This document shows, piece after piece, positions 1-12,362 of a DNA stretch of 64,000 bases. The DNA is taken from the NCBI RefSeq assembly GCF_009834535.1, contig NC_045696.1:78370001-78434000 (forward strand). Direction: 5' to 3'. Each line of letters starts with the position of its first letter. Positions within the stretch are counted from its first letter, which is position 1. The position numbers were made by a program, and so were the translations under genes. This DNA comes from Camelus ferus. Taxonomy: Eukaryota. The notes under the pieces were generated by a model. That model saw only the letters and a list, made by a program, of their open reading frames with translations. It searched no databases and was not told the origin of the DNA.

Positions 1-865
1 AATTGGCTGTTACAAAATTATCATTAGCAGTTTGCTATTCAGTTTGCTAGCTAAGAACTAATTCTGAAAATAAAGCTGTGCATCTCTTCTAAGTAAGTCA
101 GACTTCTTTAACCATGATTAGATTGCCATGCACTTTAAGGAAGAGTAAGACCATAGCAAATCTCGTAAGTTCCTTAAGCTCTGTGCTCTTTCATATCTGC
201 TAAATGAACACGTTGAGCTGAATGACTTACAGCATCCTCCAAGCTCTTACATTTTGAGATTTAAAGTGATTTAAATAAAGGAGACATAATACATGGACAA
301 TATAACAATGACTATGGGTATCGGCTTTTAATTTTTAGGATGTTTCTACCTCCTCTACTCAAAAAATATGTAACAAAGCACAGAATGTTCTGGAACAAAT
401 AAGACATCATTATGTGTTTTTCTCCATTTGACACGGCTTTTACAAATCTATTCCCAAGCCTTAATGCCATGCACAGTTGGTTAGATTTATAAAGATCATT
501 ACAGCATGTGTTCCTCTAATAATCACTCTGCCACAGGACAGGGCATGGGCGTTTTTGAACTGGTGAACTTCTGAAAGATAGCACAAATTGACGTTTTGTA
601 TTGTACACCTGTGCCAAGCTAACAAAACTATAGAAGACAGTGTTGAAAGCACTGAAAGAAACTGATTTTTTGTTGTTGTTGTTCTATACCTCTGCACCTA
701 GCCAGAGACCGCAATTAAACAAAAAGTTAGAATGATTTCCTCTCTTTATTTGAGAATACGGCACTGAAAAATGATGGCATCTGGATATGTGATAAGAAAA
801 GTGTAGAAAAAGAAACACTGCTATGTTTTAGAAGATGACTTTTATTGGTTTTTCAAATCTAAGAT

Positions 866-1735
866 ACTATATAAATCCTGTCTCTCCTCAAAGTTTGGCT
901 CACTAATTTTAAGATCCATCAGTGGACAAATATCATGACTATGTTGTCTTCCTAATGGTGATTGTTTATTTCCCCCATCCTTCTACTTTTATTAATCCGA
1001 ATTCTACCATAAGGAATGCCTGCCCCATCTCTACGGTTATAGACTGAATATTTATATCCCCACAAATTCCTTTGTTGAAATCTGAAGCCCCAATATGATA
1101 GTACTTGGGGGGGAGGACTTTAGGAGGAAATTAGGTTTAGATGAGGGCAGGAGAGGGGTATCCTCATGATAAGATTAGTGACCTTATTAAGAAAAAGAAG
1201 GGACTCAAGAGCTCTCTTTCTATCCCCATGGGAAGACATAGCAAGAAGGCAGCTGTCCACAAGCTAAGAAGACAGCTTTCATCAGAACTCAACCACGCTG
1301 GCACCCTGATCTTGGACTTCTCCATCTCCAGAACTGTGTGAAACCAATGTCTGCTACTTATGCCACACAATCCATGGTATTTTGTTAAAGTAGCTTAAGC
1401 TAAGACATCCCCTTTGAATAATATTAATTTACTCAATTCCATATGTATATCAGTATGAACTCATGGATGTATATTTAGTACTATGGATTAATATCCAAAG
1501 CTATCATTTATTTTGTTGTTCAAATTGTTTCAGCTTCAGCCATCAGGAGCTGATTCTGTTTGGCTTCCGTACTTTTCTGACAACCCCTACCTTTTTTGAA
1601 CACTCTCCTAAACTCTCTCACAAGACGTTTCAGGTTCATCTTGTAGTTACCTTGTCCCATCTGGAATCAACTACTTTTCCAAGGAGTCCTTGTTCTTTTA
1701 TTGCAGAATGATGTTTAGAAACTAGGACCTGGAAG
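866..1735 (-). mobile_element. Old L1 (L1MC4-like) 3' region, inverted 5' segment, interrupted by an MLT1A LTR
   Basis: Antisense match to recalled L1MC 3' UTR (gaactcatggatgtatattt...gttcaaattgtttcagctt). Confidence 0.6.
1035..1407 (+). mobile_element. MaLR solo LTR, MLT1A/MLT1A0-like
   Basis: Starts ggttatagactgaat, contains ctccagaactgtg, ends ggtattttgttaaagtagc...ctaagaca. Confidence 0.85.
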
Positions 1736-2525
1736 TTGCATCATCTCTAAGTATTTCCCCAAGGTACAGTTGTCCCTTGCTATCCAAGAGGCGTTAATTC
1801 CAGGACCCACAGACACCAAAATCTGTGGATGCTCAAGTCCCTTATGTAAAATGGCTTAATACAATGGGCTTTCCATATCCATGGGTTCCTAGAAACCTGC
1901 ATATGGAGGGGCCCAATGTAGTTACTGATTAAAAAGGGAAAGATAGTAACTCTATAGTAACTTTATACACAAATCCTTACAGATCCGTTCTGCCAAGTGA
2001 TCAGGTTAATACTATCAGCAAGAAGATATACAGACATCCTAAACCACTTGAAATAATGCACTGAGGACACAGCAGCTTTTCTGTGATATTACTGTGAAAA
2101 AAATGCACCACTTCATTTCAACCATGAGAAAAATCAAACAAATCCAAATTGAGGGACTTTCTACAAAATAACTGATCAGCACTCTTCAAAAGCATCAAGT
2201 TCACGAAGGAAGAGGAAAAAGTGAGGAACTTTTTCAAACTGGAGGGGTTAAGGAGAAATAATAACTAAATGTGAGATTTCCACCTAGGAACTTGAAACAG
2301 AAAAAAAAAAAAAAAGCATTAGAGGAAAAATTGATGAAATTTGAATAAGATCTACAGTTTATTTCATAGTGTTTTACCAAAGTGAATTTCCAAGTTTTGA
2401 AAGTTGCACTGTGGCCAGGTACACTGTTAATATTAGAGGAAGTGGGGTTGGGAGATATATGGGAACTATGTCCTATTTTTTTCAGCAAGTCTAAAACTAG
2501 TTCAAAACTAAAAGTTTGTTTAAAA
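1736..2525 (+). mobile_element. Old L1 (L1MC4-like) 3' end, sense segment
   Basis: aaagggaaagatagtaact, aatccaaattgagggactttctacaaaataactg; ends ctaaaactagttcaaaactaaaagttt followed by an A-rich tail. Confidence 0.7.
1767..1918 (+). mobile_element. Tigger-derived MITE (MER2-like)
   Basis: TA target duplication (1765-66, 1919-20); TIR-like ends cagttgtcccttgctatcc / gcatatggaggggcccaatg; internal ggatgctcaagtcccttat. Confidence 0.75.
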
Positions 2526-3010
2526 TAATAAAAGATAATTTATCTTATTAAGGTGAAACTATTTATATTTATGATATCCTTTCTTTCACAATGAAAGAAA
2601 GGATGAAACAGGTACTAATAAATGATTTATAAGTGGAAAGTTCCAATCCATTCCCAAGCATTTTGAATGAAAGTATTTTCCCACCAAACCTATGTTTTGA
2701 CCTTTAAAATTATAAGAACATAAATTTTAAAGGTAATATTTTCCATGAATTCTTACAATAAAAAATTTCCATATTTGAATTTATTTTACATTTAAGTCAA
2801 GTTATCTTAAGCAGTTTTAGAAGTAGAACTTACAAAAAATTAAGTGATTAATTATATACGCAGGACTTATAAAAGAAAAACAAAAGGAACAAAAATATTG
2901 TAAGTATTTAAGTGGCTTGGTTCCAAAATTAATTAAATTGATTAACTTTACTGAGCACATATTTCTGTCAAATACTCTTCTAGAAGTAATATTAAATTGC
3001 TAGATAGGGA

Positions 3011-3475
3011 CTATGGCATATTGCAAAAATAGACAAATATTTTGACTCCTTCCTTGATTCATATACTTTGTGATGCAACTCTATAGCTACTCCCATCATG
3101 AAGAGAGTCTGTTACACACTCCTTGAATCTGGCCTCATTTTGTCACTTGCTATGACCAAAAGAACACAGCAGAATTGACAGTATGACAGTTCCAAGACAC
3201 GTTACGTGCTTCCTCTCTGCTGTGAGAACCTGCCGTGGCTAGCCTGTTGATAAGTCACCACATGAGAGACAGTCCAGCTGCCCCAGCAGAGGCCATCTTA
3301 GACCACACTCCAGCCTGTCAACCACCCTAGAACATCAGAATCACCTACCTGATCCACACAACCAACTGCAGATGCACAGGCAAACCTGGCTGAGCTGTTG
3401 GCTAGTGAGCAGGTAAGAAGCCTTCCCATTTCACGTCACTAAGTTCTGAGGTGGTTACTTATGCAGGAATAGCGA
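3011..3475 (+). mobile_element. MaLR LTR, MLT1H/G-like
   Basis: tatggcatattgcaaaaat...ccttgaatctgg...cactaagttctgaggtggttacttatgcag. Confidence 0.65.
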
Positions 3476-6112
3476 TGCAAGGATTAACTTTTCATTATGC
3501 ACAAAGGAAAAATTAGGTACAGAAACATTAAACAAATTGCTCAAGTTTGCACCAAGATGAAGGGCAGAGTTACAATCCCACATCTGTCTGCCTCCAAAAA
3601 TGTATGTTTTCCATTATGCACCACTGTCTCTCAAATTCTTCTAAGTGTTTTTATTGTTATTATTTCTGTAAGCAAACTTAGTATCTTTCCTAGACTCAAT
3701 TTATAAAATTATTAAATCCAATTACAAGTGAAAAATCTATTCTGAATAATCACCTGCCAAATATTGTTCTGATTAAAGATACATTTATTATATTTGATAT
3801 GCTTTCATAATCATCCCACATTCTTTATTTAACATGAAATCAAATGTTACATAGTAACAATTATTATGTATCACCATGGATGCTTCCAAAATATGCCACT
3901 TTCTGTTTATTTGTTAAGTAGTGTATTTTATTTTTATTATGAGTGTTTAATACAGATTTTACAGTATAAATATAACTACATAAACATTTTGAAGACATTT
4001 GACACGATTTGATTTTCAAGTTTAAAATATACATAGTAAATTATCAGTTGAACTCAGAAAATTTTGATGAAAATTCTGTAGGATCTTTATTTTATCAGTC
4101 TAGTAAATACAAATATCTTTAGAGCCAGGCTGCAATTGATGCTTTTCTTTATTTTTAATTCTCTAAAGTTGATGGTTCAAAAAAGAGTAACAAAGAGATC
4201 TAAAACAAATGAAAGTGAGATTGAAGTGCAACTTTCTTTTAAACCATAAAGTATAAGCTCCAAATAGTTAGTCTTATTTGATTTAGAAAAGACTTTCCAA
4301 GTATTTAATAAACAGCTTACAATGGACAAGATAGTTATACACACTGTCTGTAACTAAGGTTCTGTTGTGCTGGAGGTATCCAAGTGAACTAAATATTATA
4401 TTTTGGAGAGACTGAAATTAAATTCATGGGATATTTTTGGGCCACGTTACCACAATTAAAGAACATCTTAAAGAATCAAAGCTACGGTTTCACTACATTT
4501 GCATTCAATTTCAGTTCTGTGTTCAATATAATTATATTAAAGTTGTGACTAAGCATTTTTAATATATGTTTTGTCTTGACATGCATAACGTACTTGAAAA
4601 CAGTAAGCATAATGCACATATGCCATCATTGATATTATGTTTCTTTTCATCAGTAGGTTCTTGGGTTCTTGCTTAAATTCATTAAGAATTGGGAATGAAG
4701 AATCATTTGAAGAATACATAACATTTTTTAATAGGCCATGTAAAAATTCAATCGTGTTTGGTCCTCTTATGGATTGATATTAATTTACGTTTAGAAAATT
4801 GGGAGTAATTGCTGAAACAAAATTAAATCAAATTCTTAATTTTAAAAGAGCTCCCAGCATGTAACAAATACATTTTCAAATGAGAACTATAGCCTGAAAC
4901 ACTTTACCCCCACAGGTGTACCAGGGATGGTGAACAGGCAGAAATAGTGCTAAAAATATCACATATGAAATCTAATATAGGTAAAAATACTAGACAGTAT
5001 GTATTAGACTCTATAGACATTATTTTGCACTTTTAACCTCTTTGATTTAATGAACTGTAATATATAATATGAACTCTAATCATAAGATCTTGAGGTTGAT
5101 TGTGTCAAAACTTAGGCTACATTTTTTTCCTAAAATTGTTCATCATATGATACAGTTTAATTTTTAATCAATTAAATAATTTTTGACTTATTTTTGTTTA
5201 CCTATTACTCTAATAAAAAGATCTGAATGCTGTCTTTTTAAAAGAAATGTGTCTTGAATGTTTAGCATTACAGTCAATGGGATAAGTCCTAAAACCAGAC
5301 TGCTTGGGTTCAAAAACAGACTCTACCACTCACAACAGCTCTATGAAGCTGTCTCTACTTTAAAATCGGGAAAACTAAGATTTAGAAAGCTAACATTCAA
5401 GTTCCATTACTGACAGAGGTGAGTTAGCAGAGCCTGATTCCAAAATCTGGCTCTTAATCAAAAAGCCCTGATGCCTTACTATGGATAAGCTCAAAATCAC
5501 CTGAATGAGCTTTACCACCAAGACCAAACAGAAGACAGTGTGACATCCCCTCCGCTGTCATCCTTTAAAATATACCCCTCAATACACACACTATCTTACA
5601 TGAAATAATTTATCCAACTCGTTGCTTTAAAATTTTGTAAGTTTTACAATTAGACCATTCAAGTTTGACAAACATTTCTATTTTAATAAGTAGGCCATCA
5701 GATACCACATTTCCAATACTATCTTATTTTCTGGAATGCTTAGAACTTGTCCATAACTGATAGTGAATTTATAGCATTAAACTATAGCAGAGCAATTTTC
5801 ATTTCTTATTTAAGTCTATCAAAGCAACTAAGCTTAACTCCTTTATCTTTCTCCACCTCAAACGTTCCAAAAAGATAAAATAAGACTCTGCTAAATCCCA
5901 GGCTTTCCATCAAATATCATACACAGAAATATCCAAAAGTGGGGAATTGTAGGATTGGAGTATGTGTGTATGATAGCTTAGTTATAATCTCCTACTAAAT
6001 TCAAAGTCCTTGGCAATCAGCTACAAGGACTTGGGCTTTTGTTTTGTCTCCAAACTCATGCAGACTGGGACACTGATTGTCCAATGAATTCATCTTTAAT
6101 AATATTGCATTG

Positions 6113-6311
6113 CTAAGATTTATGTCAGATAATGTTTGCCTATGTTTCCTTCTAAGAGGTTTATAGTATCTTCTCTTATGTTTAAGTCTGTAAGCCACTT
6201 TGAGTTTATTTTTGCGTATGGTGTGAGGGAGTTTTCTAACTTCACTGATACACATTCAGCTCTCCAGTTTTCCCAACACCATTTGCTGAAGAGACTGTCT
6301 TTAAAAAAAAA
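6113..6311 (-). mobile_element. L1 ORF2 fragment (antisense) followed by a plus-strand poly(A)
   Basis: Minus translation [13 protein letters not shown]...[11 protein letters not shown]...LLEGNIG is L1 ORF2p-like; flanked by ATTGCATTG at 6104-6112 and 6312-6320. Confidence 0.85.
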
Positions 6312-6424
6312 ATTGCATTGAAAAATGTCCTTTGAAGTTTGTTACAACTAAAATTTTAACTAAAATATTATATATATGAGAAAACTTTCCTTTTTAAAGA
6401 AAATTCTGTGATGTTTAACAAACA

Positions 6425-6670
6425 CATTTGTTTACTGCCTATTCTAAATCATGGATTATGTTTGACACTTTACATACATTATCACCTTTCATTCTCCCAA
6501 CGAGAGAGATATTCTCCCAATATCATTAGTCTAATTTTACCTATAGGAAAGTGGGGCTCAAAATAGTTAAATAACTTACTGAAAGTCTCACAGCTAGAGA
6601 GATCAAACTGATAAACCAAGTCAGATCTATCTACTTACCAAGTCCATACCCACTGTACTCCATATGACAC
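6425..6670 (-). mobile_element. MIR SINE
   Basis: MIR core: attttacctataggaaagtggggctcaaaatagttaaataacttactgaaagtctcacagctag. Confidence 0.65.
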
Positions 6671-7593
6671 TTAATATCTATTCTCTACTATGATTTTTAA
6701 TGCAATAACATATAAAACCAGAAAAAGTAGATGCTGCATATGAAATATATAATCTTTTGCTTATAGAAATTATAAAAGTTTTTGATGACTAATTCTAGAA
6801 TTTTACTTTCCTCATTTGGGCTTCATGAGGTAACTGCTTTAGTCCTTCAAACCTCCCACCTTAGACAAGACTAACATTTCCTCATTATATCTTTTTTTTT
6901 AATCATACTAGAAGATATTAAGAATAGTAATAATGATTTCAAAAATGTGACACTTAAAATTTTGAATTTATCATTAATTTGGTACAAAAGAAAAATTAAC
7001 TCAATTGGCAGGTACGTAGAAAAGAAAGATAAAAAAAGAAAAGGCATTTATTCAGTACCAGTTATGGCACAGTATATTATTTCCTTTGGTTTTATCTTTG
7101 AACATTATCCCTCTTTCCAGATGGGAATCCAAGTCTGAGAGAAGTTAAGGGACTTGTCAGGTGACATAGCTAGTGACTTGATTTGGAGGCAACTCCTTCG
7201 AAAGCCCACCACAAACCAGAGCTCCTATCTGAAGGCAGGTATCCTATGAATGTGCCTTACTCATTAATCAGATGCACAGATCTGAAGCAAAAGCATTGAA
7301 ACACTAATAAACATAGCTTTTCCTCGCTAGTGTATTCAGAGTGAACCCATTTTGTTAACTGGTTTGTTATGAAGCATTGTTTGCACAGGGATGATTCTAT
7401 GACACCTCAATAATCCACCAGAACACTTACAGGTGAAACATTTATATCAACGACACTGTGGTGATAGCTGGTTTCATTAAAGATGAATCCAGAAAAACAT
7501 ATCTTTGTAGGGGAATGGACTGATTGGTAGGACGAGTAAAAATAGTTCATGGAGAAAGTTTTATCAAAACTCTTTCAAATCAACAGGTCATAA

Positions 7594-7768
7594 TACTGTA
7601 TTTCCTCCAGTCTATGACATAATTGATTTTCATACACATTACAAGATACTAAAAAGTGAAGAAGGGGCCAATAGCAGTTGTAAGATACCATCAATTGGAA
7701 GGTGCACCCTAATTTCAGGGATATTAAAATATGGAAAACCACACATCTTAGAAACCATGAAGTATCGT
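7594..7768. mobile_element. MER96-like DNA transposon MITE
   Basis: Degenerate TIRs tactgtatttcctccagtctatgac / catcttagaaaccatgaagtatcgt; internal caccctaatttcagggatattaaaat. Confidence 0.6.
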
Positions 7769-8929
7769 GGATACTATCAATGCGTTTTAATGGCAAAATA
7801 CATTAGGATATTTTGTAAGTAAACATAATGACTGGATTAATATGTACAAACCATTAGTCTCTAATTCCCAATATTTTTATAAATAATCCTGCCAGCAGAG
7901 TGATGAGAGATTAATGATGCCATCCACAAGGAAGCCCCAGGGAAGAGCAGCAACAGGGAAATATCAATATATAATTCTAAAGCTGTGCTGACTATGAAGC
8001 AGACCATTGCCAACAATTAACCTTGTCATACTTTATTGTATCTAAAAATTTTCTATCCTGGGCCTCATTCGTAGGAACATCGATAGCCATTAAGTCACAT
8101 AAAATTAACAGCGGAAGAAAGGCTGTCAAAACTAGAAAAGGAGGTGTGACTATGATTTTATCCATTTGCATTAAATTGCTCAAGAAACAAATCAGATTGA
8201 CAGCAAAAAGTATCTGTTAGGTGACTTGCCCGCATATTGGTTACCTAGGAGCCCAATGAACCATTTAGCTATTACAGCCTTAGGGCATCCATGTATTGAC
8301 AATTTACAGAAGTTCTCTGCACCTAATTTATTCTGCTGTTCCCAAGGAGGAAAAAAAAAAAAAAACCCAACTCAGTTATTACCTTAGCAACTGAGGTTAC
8401 ATTTTATCTTGAAGCTGCAGAGCTTTTTCAGGGGAAAAAATTGAGAGAGAAAAAGAGAGAGAGAGAGAGAGCATCCGCTGATATCCCCTCCTCACTGGGT
8501 GATGGCTTTAGTAGTCAGGCTGAAAATTACGTGCAAACACCTTTATCTTCCTGCTGCCCCACCCTCAACGACAGCACTTTGCACTGAGTGTCTTCGTTTT
8601 TTTGTTTTGTTTTTTTTTTCTTTTATGGGGAATGAAGGAATCACCAATATCAAATATGGATATAAAGAAACTATCAGAGAGAGGCTACAGAGTGTAGTTC
8701 ATCACAGCTGACCTTAGTTATTTCTTGGAGAAGAGAAATTGGTGGACAATTGGCAATTGTTGTAACAGGAAAATAAACATTCTGTCAAGTGTCAGTGGCT
8801 AGAAAGTCAATTTCCAGCCCTAATAGAAGATAGCTGTAAGCCTGTCCGCAGAAGAATAGATTTTTCAGAAAGCACTAAGTTAAAAACACATTTTAACAAT
8901 TTAATTCGAAAATCACTCTAAAGGCTGCG

Positions 8930-9550
8930 GTTCTGGCAGCTCACCTACTTGAGGCTGCACAGAAAAGGGCACGTGTCAGCCCCGAGCACGTGACTTCGGC
9001 AATGCCCGAGGTAGGACTGGCTTTAAAAAGGGACTCAGGGATAAGGGAAACGGACAGAAAAACGAAATATAAGAAAGCATATTAGGTCTCTTTTCCTTAA
9101 AGTGAGTGAAACCCAAACTGAAGTAGCTCAACAATTTAAAGACTATGAAGGCTCGCGACCGCGGCTTCCCTGACGTCCCGGCTTCGGCTCCTCGCGGCAG
9201 GAGCCGGCTCTGCTCCGCCTGCGCCCCCTCCGCCAGCACAGCTGCCCGGACGCTTAGTGCAGGCCACGAGCTGGGCAGTCCGACCGGCCACCTCTTTGGC
9301 TTACTGTCTCTCCGGGCTCACTTTTCTTCATTGTCCGATACTCTTGAATGCTGCGGCTTCACAGGCTGTGTACAATCTCTGTCTCAAGCAGGAGTGTCGT
9401 CCAGTCCCCGCTAGGCTGTCTTAACCAGAAGCCCAAGTCCTTTCCCTCCCCCAGCACGTAACTCCCCACGGACTGCTGACCGATGGCCCCTGCTCGTGCT
9501 CTGTTCTCCCTTGGGGACAGTCACTGTGTCCAAGCCAACGGGACAATACG
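8930..9550. promoter_or_regulatory. Intronic CpG island, candidate alternative promoter or enhancer
   Basis: About 19 CpG in 9151-9290 by eye, in an otherwise CpG-depleted window. CACGTG at 8970-75 and 8987-92; TGACGTC at 9171-77; minus-strand donors at 8945, 9305 and 9322. Confidence 0.7.
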
Positions 9551-10397
9551 ATTAGTAAGACCTGAGTCACATATCTAACCTGGGGGCCTATTTGTTCTGT
9601 TGCCAGTTTCAGGAAAGAAGTAAAACCATTTGCCAGACGACCAAAACTAATAGCTCTCAGAATCCACCTCAGAAAACATGTTCTTATCTAAAAAAAAAAA
9701 ATGACTTTGAGGGAGATGCCAGTTCCATTTTAAACTTATTTGTGGTTTATTGGCCCAAGCATTCCCAGAGCATATTCTGTGAGCCTGGGGATGCGGTAAC
9801 CCCAGGAACACAGACGAACAAGATGCCACCGAGGTCCTGAGGGTTTTTATTCCGGAGCATTCCCAGTTTTGTAGAAACCTTCGCAGACCCCACCTTCTCT
9901 GCTCTGCACCATGGTTGTGAGACCGATTTGGCTTAGAAGGGTGCAGTATTGATTTTGGACCCACGCTCCTCTGTCTCATTTAAACATGAAGAAACAAGGC
10001 AAGGGGAGGGTCAACCACAGGTCAAAGGTGAAGTGACTATTAAGTAGCAGACTTGATATTGTTGAAGTATTGAGTAGTGTCACTGTGTCGTGAACTGAGG
10101 CCCCTCCTACACTCTTCACTGCTCTCTTCACCGTATCAAAGCCTGTCAACCTGCCTGGACAGCAGGGCTGGATGTTAACACTCACCTTCAAACGTGCCAT
10201 TTTATTTCCTGCTGTCTTTAAACCAAATAAATTACTTCATCCTTCACTGGCTACTTCCTTATCTTTACTGCCTATTCTTCAGTCCTTACCCCACAGTCAA
10301 GGGATGCCTTTTTCATTTCTTTAGTTCACTTACAAGACCCACATTTTAAAAACTGGCAAAATTTTTATGAAATGATGTTGAGTAGGGAAAATGATAA

Positions 10398-10513
10398 CTA
10401 TGTTGCACCATATATCTTTGTAGCTTATTTTATACATAATAGCTTGTACCTTTCAATCCCCTGCCCTTATTATTGCCTGCCCCTTCCTCGTCCACCCTCC
10501 CTCACTGGTAATC
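10398..10513 (-). mobile_element. L1 3' UTR fragment (laurasiatherian/artiodactyl type)
   Basis: tatatctttgtagcttattttatacataatagcttgtacctttcaatccc...cactggtaatc. Confidence 0.6.
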
Positions 10514-11898
10514 AGAAACAGACATTTTTAAAAAAGTAAGCGTGAACTAAAGGCATGGTTCCACTCTAAGGAAATCTGTTTACTATGAACTTTTCTGCAG
10601 AACTTTCCTACATTATTAAGGTTGCTGTAGCCATTTCTCTTTGAGACTCCTCTTTTCTTGAAAACCAGAGACTTCAATTTACATAATTATTTTGAAACAA
10701 GTGGATACTGCCCTAGGATTATGAACTGGTTATCATAAATAAATGAGAAACATATCAACCTTTAGTCTCATTTCAAACAAATGAACAAATAAAAACATAA
10801 GAAAGCCAGGTTCCAATCTTGCCTGTTTCAGCAAATAGGTCAAATTTCAACACAAGAATAAAATAAATACAGGAAATTTTGTTTAAGAACTCCAGATTCT
10901 ATTTATGAAAACAAGGGTTTACTTTACTAGTAACTATAAGAGCTTACTAGAAATTCCTCCTCCATCTCTCTTTTCTTTAGTTACTTAGATATACCTGTAT
11001 AAGTATCCTAGAATTCAGCCTACTTTGAAAATTATTTTCTAAGGCTTTAGTGAGAAAAAAAAAAGACTAATTTCTATAGCCACCTGCCTGTGTCTAGAGT
11101 CATTGTTGACTGACGGCTTACAGAGCCTTTTTATACAGCGCTGACATTTTAAAGATACTGGCCAATCTGAACTTTCCATCTGGCATGTCTGATTTCCTTT
11201 GTCCCACTTTCCCGTGGTGACTTATTCTGTCCTTGAGCTCTAAAACTACTTTGATTTAATTTAGGCTTGGGGGTTTGGGGAAAGTTTACAAGAAATGAGT
11301 GTAATGCCTCCAATGGTGCATGGTGCTCAGAAAGCAAATCCCTGACTCCCTGGCATTTATTTGTGTAATAAATCTACCGCCGAGTACAACTGGAGAGATA
11401 TTCCAGACCCTTCCAAGCACTTACATAAAACTAGCAAGCGAGGTGGTCAACGCTTGCAAAATAAACAAGAAGATGGAGGAAATTAATTTATTTTGGAACC
11501 AAACAAACCCAACTTTTGTCTTTTGAAACGAGATAATTGATGTAAATAAGACATCTATCACTTAGTGCTGGGGAAGCAGTTAATGCTTTTCAAAACATTC
11601 TCTTACACATTACATCATTAAAATTTCATTCATGGTAACACTGTGACATAAAATAATTTTCTCAGTCTTGCAGCTTGTCAACTGGCTCTGGCTCTTAATG
11701 CAGAGAGTTTTCTACTAGAAAAATGTCTGTCTCAATCTTCCTTCTGTTTTGTTTATCCAAAAATAAATCTAAAGCATCTTTTACACAATAGATTCAAAAT
11801 GTAATGCTATTTATGTTATTAATTAACACAGATAATGTTTTGATTTGAAGACCAGTAGCAAAACGCCTTTATAGATGCCATCCAGAAAAGGCAGGCAC

Positions 11899-12362
11899 TG
11901 TAACAGAGCAGGACCCTGTGGGGCCTTCCTGGGACAGATCCCTGACCCCTACCATATCCTCTGCTGTAGCTCCTCTCTGAAGTACCCAGATAATAATATC
12001 TCATGCATATTTCCTGAGTTTTTCAGATGCTAAAAACTGCCACCAAAGGTAAGAAATTAACTATTTGATAATAGCCCAGACCTTCTGGCTAGGGGTTGAT
12101 AGTTTTGACCACCCTGTTACCTAGACACCAACAAATCAACGAACTGTGCACAAGAAGATCACTACCCTGCAACTCCCCTCCCCTACTCGGTCTTTAAATA
12201 TGCTTTGCTGAAATCTTTCAAGGAGGTCGGGGTTTTCTTGGGCATGAGCCACCCATCCTCCTTTCTGGGCCCTGCAATAAACCTTTCTCTGCTCCAAAGT
12301 CTGACATTTGAGATTGTTTGGTCTCACTGTGCCTCAGGCACACAAACTTGCATTCAGTAACA
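11899..12362 (+). mobile_element. ERV1-class solo LTR
   Basis: TG...CA termini (tgtaaca...agtaaca), TATA-like tttaaata, poly(A) signal in gcaataaacctttctctgct at about 12276. Confidence 0.85.

Noticed and set aside
6001..6321. ORFs of 84 and 61 aa
   Set aside because: Off-frame or antisense readings of an L1 ORF2 fragment.
8976..9414. 87- and 89-aa ORFs over the CpG island
   Set aside because: High GC lowers stop frequency; no protein similarity recognised.
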